A stretch of DNA of 64,000 nucleotides from Pseudomonadota bacterium. Lineage in GTDB: Bacteria > Myxococcota_A > UBA796 > JAFGLY01. Position 1 is the stretch's first letter. Each line of letters starts with the position of its first letter. A program made the translations under genes and the position numbers. Below the pieces are notes generated by a model. It searched no databases and was not told the DNA's origin. It was given only the letters and a program-made list of their open reading frames with translations. Positions 9,496 through 18,368 of the stretch are shown piece after piece. The DNA is taken from positions 8,926-72,925 of the forward strand of contig JBDRKM010000443.1 in the NCBI GenBank assembly GCA_043814015.1, in the 5' to 3' direction.

Positions 9496-9552
9496 TCGCC
9501 GCCCTCCTCGGGGCCAGGGCGCCGGGTTATGGCGCGGGGTCGGAGGTGAGCC

Positions 9553-11094
9553 TTGGACTCTTCCCTCGGCGGTGTCCGGCAGGAACTGAGCGGTCTGGTG
9601 GGGCGCATGGACGCCCTCGCGGGGGCACGCGGCCTCCTGGAGTGGGATCAGCTCTGCATGATGCCGCCCCGGGCCGCCGCCGGGCGGGGTGAGCAGCTCG
9701 CGGCCCTCGCGGCGGTCTACCACGAGCTCCTGATCTCGGCAGACCTGGGGCGCCAGCTCGACATGCTCGAAGATTCCCTCGACGCGGTCGAGCCCGGCGC
9801 CAACCCGATCCAGCGGGCCGCCCTGCGCAACCTGCGCCGGGAGCGCGCCCGGGCGGTCAAGCTCCCCCTCAAGCTGGTGGAGGCCCTGGAGCGCTCCCGG
9901 GCGCGGGGGCACCAGGCCTGGCTCGCCGCCCGCAAGGCCGACGATTTCGCCCCCTTCCAGCCCGCGTTGACCGAGCTCGTCGCCCTCACGGGCGAGGCCG
10001 CGGCGCGCCTGGTGGAGCCAGGTGGACACCCCTACGACGCCATGCTCGGGGTCTTCGAGCCCGGGGCGCGCACCGCCGAGCTCGGCCCGCTGTTCGAGCG
10101 CCTGGCCGGCGAGCTGGCCCCGCTGCTCGATGCCCTGCGCGGTGCCGGCTGGCCCGACGCCTCCGAAGGCGCCACCTGGCCCCTGCCCGAGGAGCAGCAG
10201 CGCGCCCTGTTCCTCGAGGTGGTCGAGGCCATGGGCTTCGACTTCTCGGCGGGTCGGCTCGACTCGGCGGTCCACCCCTTCACCTCGGGCATGGACCCAG
10301 GTGATGTCCGCATCACCGCCCGCTACGACCCCGGGGATCTGCTCTCCGGCCTGGGCACCGTGCTGCACGAGGCCGGTCACGGCCTCTACGAGCAGGGTGT
10401 GCCGGCCGAGCTGCTGGGTACGGGCGTGGGTCGCCTGTTGTCCACCGGCATGCACGAGAGCCAGAGCCGGTTCTGGGAGAACATGATCGGGCGCTCCCGG
10501 CCCTTCTGTGGCTGGGTGGCCTCCCGTCTGCAGGAGCACCACCCGGGCCGGCCCTGGGATGCGGAGGTCCTGTTCCAGGCCCTCAACCGCGTGCGTCCAG
10601 GTCTGATCCGGGTCGACGCCGACGAGGTCACCTACAACCTGCACGTGATCATCCGCTACCGGCTCGAGCTCGGCCTGGTGGAGGGCGGCCTGGCCGTGGC
10701 CCATCTGCCGGAGGCCTGGGACGCCGCGTACGAGCAGCTGCTGGGGATCCGCGCGCCTTCGCCGCTCACGGGCGTCCTGCAGGACGTCCACTGGGCAGAA
10801 GGGTTGCTGGGGTACTTCCCCACCTACACCCTGGGCACGCTGTACTCGGCCAGCCTGGCGCGAGCCATGGAGCAGGCCGTGCCCGATCTGTGGGAGCGGG
10901 TGGGTCGTGGCGATCTCAGCGGGGTGCTGGGCTGGCTGCGGCAGCACGTGCATCGCCACGCCGCCCTGCTCGACGGCGCCGAGCTGTTCGCCCAGGCCGC
11001 GCCGGGCCGGGATCCGGTCGAGGACTTCATGGGCCATCTCTGGGCCCGCCACGGCGCCACCCGCGGCCTGGTGCGGCCGCCTCGGGGTCCATGA
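9553..11094 (+). CDS. Carboxypeptidase Taq-type metallopeptidase, family M32
   Basis: HEAGHGLYEQG (HExxH) plus HESQSRFWEN and the IRVDADEVTYNLH signature. TTG start is uncertain. Confidence 0.9.
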   Translation: MDSSLGGVRQELSGLVGRMDALAGARGLLEWDQLCMMPPRAAAGRGEQLAALAAVYHELLISADLGRQLDMLEDSLDAVEPGANPIQRAALRNLRRERARAVKLPLKLVEALERSRARGHQAWLAARKADDFAPFQPALTELVALTGEAAARLVEPGGHPYDAMLGVFEPGARTAELGPLFERLAGELAPLLDALRGAGWPDASEGATWPLPEEQQRALFLEVVEAMGFDFSAGRLDSAVHPFTSGMDPGDVRITARYDPGDLLSGLGTVLHEAGHGLYEQGVPAELLGTGVGRLLSTGMHESQSRFWENMIGRSRPFCGWVASRLQEHHPGRPWDAEVLFQALNRVRPGLIRVDADEVTYNLHVIIRYRLELGLVEGGLAVAHLPEAWDAAYEQLLGIRAPSPLTGVLQDVHWAEGLLGYFPTYTLGTLYSASLARAMEQAVPDLWERVGRGDLSGVLGWLRQHVHRHAALLDGAELFAQAAPGRDPVEDFMGHLWARHGATRGLVRPPRGP

Positions 11095-11633
11095 GCGGCG
11101 CCGCCGGCCCAGGCGCCCCCGAGGCGCCGGTCTCCTACTTCGTGGCGAGTTTTTTGCCTGAGGATGCGGCCACGCGCCTCGCACGGCTGGGTGTTCGCCT
11201 GCCCCCTGGGGTCGCGCCTGTCCCCGCCGCGCACCTGCACCTCACCTGGCGCAGCTTCGAGGGCCTGCCCCACGGCCTGCTCGCGCCGCTGAAGGAGGGC
11301 CTCGCCGCGGTCGCGACGCGTCATGGGCCCGTGCGCGTGGAGCTGCTCGGCGGCGGGGTCTTCCCGGCGGGGGCCGTCTGGGCCCGCGTCAGCCCCAAGC
11401 CGGCCGTGAGCGCCCTGCAGGCTGAGATCGACACCCTGCTGCGCGCCCTCGGGCTCCCAGGGGCTGGCTGGCCCTTCGTCCCGCACATCACCCTCGGCCA
11501 GGGTCCCCCCGGCACCCGCACCCCCGCGGTCCTCCACGACCTGTCGGCCCGCCTGACCTTGAGCGACTTCGCCCTGACCACCACCGGGCAGCAGCCCTAC
11601 CGCGTGGTGCGGCACTTTCCGCTGGCCGGGTGA
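11091..11633 (+). CDS. thpR: 2H phosphoesterase / RNA 2',3'-cyclic phosphodiesterase (LigT-like)
   Basis: In-frame ATG at 11091 forms an ATGA overlap with the M32 stop. Two H-x-T motifs (HLHLTW, HITLGQ) are spaced as in 2H phosphoesterases. Confidence 0.7.
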   Translation: MSGAAGPGAPEAPVSYFVASFLPEDAATRLARLGVRLPPGVAPVPAAHLHLTWRSFEGLPHGLLAPLKEGLAAVATRHGPVRVELLGGGVFPAGAVWARVSPKPAVSALQAEIDTLLRALGLPGAGWPFVPHITLGQGPPGTRTPAVLHDLSARLTLSDFALTTTGQQPYRVVRHFPLAG

Positions 11634-11771
11634 GATTCCCTGGGGCGCGCGCGCCCCACGCCGCCGCGGGTGGCCACGCGCTGCCGCCCCATCGCGGCCG
11701 CAGGTCGCCCCCGCGGCACAGCAGGACCGCGTCCTGGACGCCATCGCCCGAGTCAGGAGGGTGCGCGGACG

Positions 11772-11787
11772 TGGCATGTTTCTTGCT
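11772..11787 (+). promoter_or_regulatory. Candidate sigma-54 promoter TGGCATGTTTCTTGCT
   Basis: Matches TGGCAC-N5-TTGC with exact -24 GG / -12 GC spacing. It sits about 78 nt upstream of ATG 11865 in an A/T-enriched intergenic stretch. Two sigma-54 activators are encoded in the window. Confidence 0.5.
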
Positions 11788-11864
11788 TTACGCGATGACG
11801 CGATGATCGCCTCTCCGCCGTGGTACCTTGAGCGCGGATCGGCCACGTCGCGAAGGAGCCTGCC

Positions 11865-13424
11865 ATGTCCCGTGCCTCCGCCCCCCTCGCCCTCCTCGTC
11901 CTCGCCATGGGCTGCGTGCCCGAGCAGAGCTTCACCCCGAACGTGGACGGCTCCGACGGGTACGGGCCCCAGATCCAGGTGGATCCGGAGGTGATCGAGT
12001 TCGGCGCCGCCGGTCGCGAGGAGACGGTGGTGGAGACCTTCACCGTCACCAACGTGGGCACGGGCGAGCTCGATGTGGAAGGCATCGAGCTGGGCGGCAC
12101 CTCCACCAGCTTCACCATCCTCACCCCCGAGGAGGATCTGCACTTCCTCCTCCCCGGCTCCGCGTCGAAGGACATCGAGGTGGCCTTCACGCCGCTGGGC
12201 GCCCATGAGCAGCACGCCCAGGCCATCGTCAGCAGCAACGACGCGGACTCCGCCCGCGTCACGGTGGACCTCTACGGCGAGGGCCTGGTGCCGGATCTGC
12301 AGATCGATCCCGATCCCTACGACTTCGGCGAGTCCTACATCGGCTGCGCCCGCGAGGGCCTCTTCACCCTGACCAATGTCGGCTACGACGACCTCACCAT
12401 CGACACCATCACCCTGTCGGGTGGCGGCGGCGCCCTCAACATCCTCGGCTCCCCGGCCCTGCCGCTGCTGCTGGCCCCCGAGGAGGAGACCACGGTCGAT
12501 GTCAGCTTCCTGCCAGATGAGGAGACCTCCTACTCCGCCACCTTCCAGGTCACCTCGGACGCCCCCGGCGGCACGGACCGCACCACCGCCTCGGGCACCG
12601 GCATCTACGTGGGCGACTTCCAGGACATCTGGGAGATCCCCTTCGATCCCCCGGTGGATCTGCTCTTCGCCGTAGACCAGTCGGGCTCCATGGACGACGA
12701 CCAGCGCAGCCTGGCCAGCAACTTCAGCACCTTCATCACCCGCCTGTCGGCCTTCACCGAGGACTGGCACGTGATGGTGGTCAACGATGACGACGGCTGC
12801 AACCTCACCAACGGCTACCTGACCACCACCACCCCGAACTACCAGACCACCTTCTCCAACGCCGTCTCGCGCGGCGGCGGGCGCTGGACCGAGGCCCTGC
12901 TCACGGTCACCTCCACCGCCGTGGAGAACACCGACTCCGGCGAGTGCAACCAGGGCTTCATGCGGTCGGACGCGCTGCTGCACATCATCGTGGTGTCGGA
13001 TGAGCCCGAGCAGTCCGCCTCCTCGTGGTCCACCTACGTCGCTCAGATCCAGGCCAAGAAGGGCAGCACCGCCAACGTGAAGATCTCGGCCATCGCCGGT
13101 GACTATCCGGGCGGCTGCGGCACGGCCGACGCCGGCGTGGGCTACTACGAGGCGGTCCAGGCCACGGGCGGCGAGTTCCTCTCCATCTGCTCCAACTGGT
13201 CCGCCATGGTGGAGGATCTGGCGGACGCCTCCATTCAGCTCTCCGAGTACGAGCTCTCCCACACCGCCGATCCGGACACCCTCGTGGTGCGGGTCAACGG
13301 CACGACCATCACCTCGGGCTGGCACTACGACGAGACCGCCAACTCGGTCGTCTTCCAGACGGGCATCCCCGTGGGCGGCGACCGGGTGATGATCAACTAC
13401 TCGGCGCTGGCGAACTGCGACTGA
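11865..13424 (+). CDS. Lipoprotein with Ig-like (HYDIN/choice-of-anchor-D-type) repeats and a vWA-like domain
   Basis: Lipobox LLVLAMGC. Repeated F..TNVG...L.I blocks. MIDAS-like DQSGSMDDD. RBS GAAGGAG lies 7 nt upstream. Confidence 0.75.
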   Translation: MSRASAPLALLVLAMGCVPEQSFTPNVDGSDGYGPQIQVDPEVIEFGAAGREETVVETFTVTNVGTGELDVEGIELGGTSTSFTILTPEEDLHFLLPGSASKDIEVAFTPLGAHEQHAQAIVSSNDADSARVTVDLYGEGLVPDLQIDPDPYDFGESYIGCAREGLFTLTNVGYDDLTIDTITLSGGGGALNILGSPALPLLLAPEEETTVDVSFLPDEETSYSATFQVTSDAPGGTDRTTASGTGIYVGDFQDIWEIPFDPPVDLLFAVDQSGSMDDDQRSLASNFSTFITRLSAFTEDWHVMVVNDDDGCNLTNGYLTTTTPNYQTTFSNAVSRGGGRWTEALLTVTSTAVENTDSGECNQGFMRSDALLHIIVVSDEPEQSASSWSTYVAQIQAKKGSTANVKISAIAGDYPGGCGTADAGVGYYEAVQATGGEFLSICSNWSAMVEDLADASIQLSEYELSHTADPDTLVVRVNGTTITSGWHYDETANSVVFQTGIPVGGDRVMINYSALANCD

Positions 13425-13438
13425 GAGCAGTCAGCTCT

Positions 13439-13485
13439 CAGCCATCAGCTTTCAGCAGCTGGAAATCCTGTTTAGCTGACGGCTG
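13439..13485. terminator. Candidate bidirectional hairpin between convergent genes
   Basis: CAGCCATCAGCT (13439-13450) pairs with AGCTGACGGCTG (13474-13485) with one mismatch/wobble and a 23-nt loop. It lies between stop 13424 (+) and stop 13490 (-). There is no clear U-tract. Confidence 0.4.
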
Positions 13486-13489
13486 ACAG

Positions 13490-15160
13490 CTACCGAGGCA
13501 CCACCACCCCCGGCAGGTAGTCCACGGGCGGCACCAGGCCCACCATCCACAGCAGGGCGGCGCCCAGGTTGCCGAGGCCGGCCTCGGGACCCAGGGCCTT
13601 GTTGAGCTGGAAGCGGCCGCGCGGATCCAGCAGGATGCAGGGGACGGGGTTGAGGCTGTGGGCCGTGCGGACCTTGCGCGCGCCGTCCTTGCCGCGGGCG
13701 TAGCCGCCGGTCTTCTTGTCCACCTCGAACATCTGGTCGGCGTTGCCGTGGTCGGCGGTGACGATCATGACCCCGCCGGCGGCGATGACCGCGGCCTCCG
13801 GGCGCGCCAGCCCGGCGTCCACCGCCTCCACCGCGGCCACGGCGGCCTCGAGGCTGCCGGTGTGCCCCACCATGTCGCCGTTCGGAAAATTGAGGCGGAT
13901 GTGGCGGTACCGGCCTGACGCGATGGCCTCCACCGCGGCGGCGGTGATCTGGACCGCCTTCATGACCGGGGCCTTGTCGAAGTCGCCAGGATCGCTTTCG
14001 ATCTTCTCCCACTTCTCCAGGTCCGGGTCCACGGGCTCGGAGCGGTTGCCGTTGAAGAAGTAGGTCACGTGCCCGAACTTCTGGGTCTCGGAGACCGCGA
14101 AGGAGCGCACCCTGGCGGCGGCCAGGTGGTCGGCCACGGTGCGGTCGATGGCCGGGGGCTCCACCAGGTAGGCGGCGGGCAGGTGGGTGTCACCGTCGTA
14201 CTCCATCATCCCGGCGAAGAAGACCTCGGCGGGGGCCGGGCGGCCATCGGCGCCCGCGAGCCGGAAGCCGGCGGGCAGGTCGCGACGCTCGAAGGCGCGG
14301 GAGATCTCCAGGGCGCGGTCGCCGCGGAAGTTGAACAGGATCACGGCGTCGCGATCCTGGACGCGGCCCACGGGCGCGCCGTCGTCGCCGACCACCACGA
14401 AGGCGGGCAGGAATTGGTCCGTGATCTTCGCGTCGGCGGCGTACAGGGACTCGATGGCCGCGGAAGCGGAGGGGAACGGACGCCCCTCGCCGTGGACGTG
14501 GCAGGCCCAGCCGCGAGCCACCATGCCCCAGTCGGCCTCATAGCGGTCCATGGTGATCCCCATGCGGCCGCCGCCCGAGGCGATGTGGAAGTCGCGGCCG
14601 TGGGCGCGGTGCTCCGCCAGGAGGGCCTCCAGGGGGGCGATCCAGGTGGGGGCCGAGCGCTCGGGCACGTCGCGGCCGTCGGTCAGGGCGTGCACCCGTA
14701 GGCGCCGCACGCCGTCCGCGGCCGCCCGCGCGATGAGGGCGTGAAGGTGCTTGACGTGGCTGTGGACGTTGCCGTCGGACAGCAGCCCCAGCAGGTGCAG
14801 GGTGGGGCGGGTGACGGCCTCTTTCCAGGCGGCGCCCGCGAAGATGCGCTCACTCTCGATGGCGGCGGTGACCAGCTTGCTGCCCTGGTCGAACACGCGC
14901 CCGGCGCCCATGGCGTTGTGCCCGACCTCGCTGTTGCCCATGTCGTCCCAGGCGGGCAGGCCGACCGCGGGCCCATGCGCCATGAGCAGGCGCCACGGGC
15001 AGGTGTTCATGAGGCGGTCCAGCGTGGGGGTGCGGGCCAGGGAGACGGCATCGCCGTCGTCGCGCCCGCCCCAGCCCACGCCGTCCATGATGCACAGGAC
15101 GGTGGGGAAGGGGAGGGTGGCCAGGGGCTCGACGCGGGCGAGGGCGAGGGAGGCGGGCAT
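13490..15160 (-). CDS. gpmI: 2,3-bisphosphoglycerate-independent phosphoglycerate mutase
   Basis: 556 aa. N-terminal ILDGxG-type block (VLCIMDGVGWG), SEVGHNAMGAGR, and C-terminal TADHGNAD motif. Confidence 0.95.
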   Translation of the reverse strand: MPASLALARVEPLATLPFPTVLCIMDGVGWGGRDDGDAVSLARTPTLDRLMNTCPWRLLMAHGPAVGLPAWDDMGNSEVGHNAMGAGRVFDQGSKLVTAAIESERIFAGAAWKEAVTRPTLHLLGLLSDGNVHSHVKHLHALIARAAADGVRRLRVHALTDGRDVPERSAPTWIAPLEALLAEHRAHGRDFHIASGGGRMGITMDRYEADWGMVARGWACHVHGEGRPFPSASAAIESLYAADAKITDQFLPAFVVVGDDGAPVGRVQDRDAVILFNFRGDRALEISRAFERRDLPAGFRLAGADGRPAPAEVFFAGMMEYDGDTHLPAAYLVEPPAIDRTVADHLAAARVRSFAVSETQKFGHVTYFFNGNRSEPVDPDLEKWEKIESDPGDFDKAPVMKAVQITAAAVEAIASGRYRHIRLNFPNGDMVGHTGSLEAAVAAVEAVDAGLARPEAAVIAAGGVMIVTADHGNADQMFEVDKKTGGYARGKDGARKVRTAHSLNPVPCILLDPRGRFQLNKALGPEAGLGNLGAALLWMVGLVPPVDYLPGVVVPR

Positions 15161-15201
15161 GGGAGGCGGCTCCGGAGGGGGGGGCGGGGTCTATCAAGAA
15201 A

Positions 15202-15229
15202 CAGCCATCAGGTATCAGCCGTCAGGTAT
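15202..15229. repeat. Tandem 14-mer CAGCCATCAGGTAT / CAGCCGTCAGGTAT upstream of gpmI
   Basis: Read directly. Preceded by CTATCAAGAAAC (15191-15202), a 12-mer that recurs at 52323-52334. Confidence 0.8.
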
Positions 15230-15491
15230 CAGCAGGCAGCGCACCAGGGGCCTCGTCCGGACCGCGTGACGTTCGTCGGGCGAAGCCCGCCTCTGCGCAG
15301 GTCCGGAGGGTGTGTGGCTGACACCTGAAAGCTCCCCGCTGTTTTATGGCTCGTGGAACCGCGCCCCACGCGGCATGGGTGACCATCGCGGTCGCGGCAG
15401 GCCAGGCCTACCGGCATGGTGGGCTGGTCGCCCTTCCTTGGATAGAAGAAGTCCATCACGCTTCATGGGAAGCACTGCCTGGAGGGAACCC

Positions 15492-16106
15492 GTGCACGCC
15501 TTCTCGCCTGTTGACCGCGTCACCATCAGCGTTTGCTTCGAGCGAGGCTTCGAGTTGTTCAAGAAAAACGTGGGTCCCTTCGTGCTGTGGGGGCTGGCCC
15601 TCGCCGGCCTCAACTGGCTCATCGGCGCCATGTCGGCAGGGGTGGGCCTGGTCGTGGCCAGCCTGGTCACGTTCCCAGCCTCCCTCGGGCTGTACGCGGC
15701 CGTCTATGCCACCGCGAACGACCAGCCGGTCGACGCCGGCGTGCTCTTCTCGGGGTTCCGGCGTCCTGCGGCCTACCTCTTCGGCGTCATGTTCGTGGTG
15801 GCGCTCATCCTAGGCGCGATGCTCTTCGTTCTGCCGGCGATCTACCTGCTGTTGGCCCTGGTGTGGACCCAGTGCTACATGCAGGGGCGTGACAAGGGGG
15901 CCGTCGCCGCGTTCGTGGCCAGTATCTCGTTGTTCAATCGCAACCTGGGGTTCTGCCTGCTGCTCGCGGTGGTGTCCTACGTCCTCTACTCCGTGGGTAC
16001 CGTCACCTTCGCGTTGGCGGCCCTGACCACGCCGATGCGGGTCGTGATCGAGGTCGTCGGCTTCGAGCTGCTGCTGGCCCAGGCGAAGAACAGCAACCTC
16101 AACTGA
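15492..16106 (+). CDS. Polytopic membrane protein of unknown function
   Basis: In-frame GTG 15492 preceded by GGAGGG 5 nt upstream. Four to five hydrophobic helices. The N-terminal part of ORF 15312..16106 looks non-coding. Confidence 0.6.
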   Translation: MHAFSPVDRVTISVCFERGFELFKKNVGPFVLWGLALAGLNWLIGAMSAGVGLVVASLVTFPASLGLYAAVYATANDQPVDAGVLFSGFRRPAAYLFGVMFVVALILGAMLFVLPAIYLLLALVWTQCYMQGRDKGAVAAFVASISLFNRNLGFCLLLAVVSYVLYSVGTVTFALAALTTPMRVVIEVVGFELLLAQAKNSNLN

Positions 16107-16464
16107 TCGCGCGCTGACGTTGCGCGCCGGGCCCCCCCAGGCGAGCCGCCCGTGCCCGCGCCGACCAGTCCCCTGGGGTGACGCTCACCGCAGTCCGGTG
16201 GGCTCCTGACGGTGATCCAGGTCAGGCATCCCCCCGCGGGGTCGCCAGGAGGCCTTCTCCCGGGCTAATGGGGGGGCCACTCCGAGGAGGCTTCGGGCCC
16301 ACGCGTCGTGAGCCCTCGCGAACACCTCATGTCGCGCCCACGCACCACCGTGGATCTCGCCTCGCGCCGCAGCCCTCCCCCCCTCGGGACTGCTCACGCA
16401 CCGGTGGCGTCCGCCCCCGGCTGCTCCTCCACCCATCGCCCTCTCGCCTACCCAAGGGAATGAG

Positions 16465-18366
16465 ATGAGCCAGAATCCCCAGCAAGCCGCGCCCGTGGGC
16501 GTCACGCCCAAGGTCGTCACGCTGCGCGAACACATCGTCGAGATCGTCAGCGACTCCGGCCAGGGCGCCCAGAAGGCCGGCCAGTCCTTCAGCGCCATCA
16601 GCGCCAAGATGGGCAACGGCGTCTGGACGGTCGAGATCATCCCGGCCGAGATCAAGCCGCCCTCCCGCTCCTCGGCCGGCGCCTCGGGCATCCGCATCCG
16701 CATCGGCGATCACAACGTCACCAACATGGGCGACGAGGCCGACATGGTGGTGGCCCTGAACGAGCAGGTGCTCTACGGCCGCATCGAGCAGGGCGCCTAC
16801 CGGCGCGGCACCATCCTGCTGCTCGAGTCCAAGTGGGCGACGGATGCCAACCCCGCCATCTGCCAGGCCTACGCCGAGGCCGTCGATCGCTTCCGGGAGA
16901 TGGGGCTCGATGTCCGCGAGCTGGCCATCGAGGCCGCCTGCGTCGAGATCACCCCCACCCCCCAGCTCGGCATGAACATGTTCGTGCTGGGGATGATCTG
17001 CGAGATCTACCGGCGCGACTTCGAGATCGCGCGGGAGCAGATCCGCTTCGCCTTCCGCAAGAAGGCCACCAAGGTCGTCGAGATGAACCTGGAGCTGCTC
17101 GACGCGGGGCGCCTCTTCGCCCAGAGGGCCATCCCCGAGCGCTTCCAGATCGGGCGTTGGGACAACGACAAGCCCCTCATCGTCATGAACGGCAACGAGG
17201 CCGTGGGCCTGGGCGTGATGGCGGCCGGCATCGAGATGGTGGCCATGTACCCCATCACCCCCGCCACCTCCGCCTCCCACTACCTCGCCGAGGTCTTCCA
17301 CAAGGTGGGCGGCTGCGTCCACCAGGCGGAGGACGAGATCGCGGCCATCGGCTACGCCATCGGCGCCTCCTACGCGGGCAAGACCGCCTGCACCATCACC
17401 TCCGGCCCGGGCCTGGCCCTCAAGACCGAGTTCATCGGGCTGGCGGTCATGGCCGAGATCCCGCTGGTCATCGTGGTGGTCCAGCGCGGCGGGCCCTCCA
17501 CCGGCCTGCCCACCAAGGTGGAGCAGGGCGATCTGATGGCGGCCCTGCACGCCTCGCCGGGTGACGCCCCCAAGATCGTCATCGCCCCGGCCACCATCGA
17601 GGAATCCTGCCACTTCGTGGTCACCGCCCGCAAGCTGGCCGAGGCCTTCCGCGGCCCGGTCATGGTGCTGACGGACGCCAACCTCGCCACCGGCGTGCAG
17701 CCCTTCCCGCGGCCCAACGTCCAGGGCGAGTGGCTCTCCTCTCCCATCGATCAGTCCCCCTGGAAGGAGGGCGTGCTGCCCTACGACTGGGATCCGGACA
17801 CCGGCCTCTCTCCGCGCCCGATCCCCGGTCAAGCGGGTGGTGAGTACGTGCTCACCGGCCTGGCCCACACCAACCGCTCCTGGGTCGCCTATGATCCTGC
17901 CTCCAACCAGTACGGGGCCGAGATGCGCTCCCGCAAGCTGGCGGCGCTGCAGCGCACCCTGCGGCCGCCGAGGGTCTTCGGGGACGAGCAGGGCGAGCTG
18001 CTGATCGTCGGCTGGGGCTCCACGCTCGGCTCCATCGAGGAGGCCGTCGAGCGCGCCCGCGCCGATGGCTTCAGCGTCAGCGCCCTGCACCTGCGCTTCC
18101 TCTCGCCGCTGGAGCCCGGGCTCAAGGAGATCTTCTCGCGATTCGAGCGGGTCGTCACGGTGGAGATCAACTTCTCCGACTCCGCGACCGTGCCGCGCCC
18201 CACCGGTGAGCCGCGTCGGATGGGCCAGCTCGCCACCCTGCTGCGGACCCACACCCTGCTCGACATCGACTGCTACTCCAATGTCTACGGCCAGCCGCTC
18301 AGGCCCGGCCAGGTCTACGAAGAGATCCAGCGGCGGCTCGGCGCCGCCGGGAAGGAGGCTCGGTAA
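16465..18366 (+). CDS. korA: 2-oxoglutarate/2-oxoacid:ferredoxin oxidoreductase subunit alpha (gamma-alpha fusion)
   Basis: 633 aa. N-terminal gamma-like domain (SGQGAQKAGQ), then the alpha/pyrimidine-binding domain (MNGNEAVGLGVMAAG..YPITPAT). Confidence 0.9.
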   Translation: MSQNPQQAAPVGVTPKVVTLREHIVEIVSDSGQGAQKAGQSFSAISAKMGNGVWTVEIIPAEIKPPSRSSAGASGIRIRIGDHNVTNMGDEADMVVALNEQVLYGRIEQGAYRRGTILLLESKWATDANPAICQAYAEAVDRFREMGLDVRELAIEAACVEITPTPQLGMNMFVLGMICEIYRRDFEIAREQIRFAFRKKATKVVEMNLELLDAGRLFAQRAIPERFQIGRWDNDKPLIVMNGNEAVGLGVMAAGIEMVAMYPITPATSASHYLAEVFHKVGGCVHQAEDEIAAIGYAIGASYAGKTACTITSGPGLALKTEFIGLAVMAEIPLVIVVVQRGGPSTGLPTKVEQGDLMAALHASPGDAPKIVIAPATIEESCHFVVTARKLAEAFRGPVMVLTDANLATGVQPFPRPNVQGEWLSSPIDQSPWKEGVLPYDWDPDTGLSPRPIPGQAGGEYVLTGLAHTNRSWVAYDPASNQYGAEMRSRKLAALQRTLRPPRVFGDEQGELLIVGWGSTLGSIEEAVERARADGFSVSALHLRFLSPLEPGLKEIFSRFERVVTVEINFSDSATVPRPTGEPRRMGQLATLLRTHTLLDIDCYSNVYGQPLRPGQVYEEIQRRLGAAGKEAR

Positions 18367-18368
18367 TC

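Noticed and set aside
5372-13325. Very long antisense ORFs (5372..8152, 8146..11184, 10824..13325, all minus strand)
   Set aside because: Their compositions are dominated by G/A/R/P/H/Q/E repeats. They overlap plus-strand genes with clear family motifs (HEAT, M32 HExxH, 2H phosphoesterase, vWA) and correct GC3 phase.
15186-15206. GGCTGTTTCTTGATAG (gpmI upstream, gene orientation) as a sigma-54 promoter
   Set aside because: The GG to TTG spacing is one nt short and the -12 element reads TTGA rather than TTGC. The GT2 copy lacks a -24 GG at any valid spacing.
16109-16127. GCGCGC-N8-GCGCGC hairpin after the membrane-protein gene as a terminator
   Set aside because: The stem is only 6 bp and there is no U-tract. 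Such GC palindromes are frequent here, so this is too weak to call.
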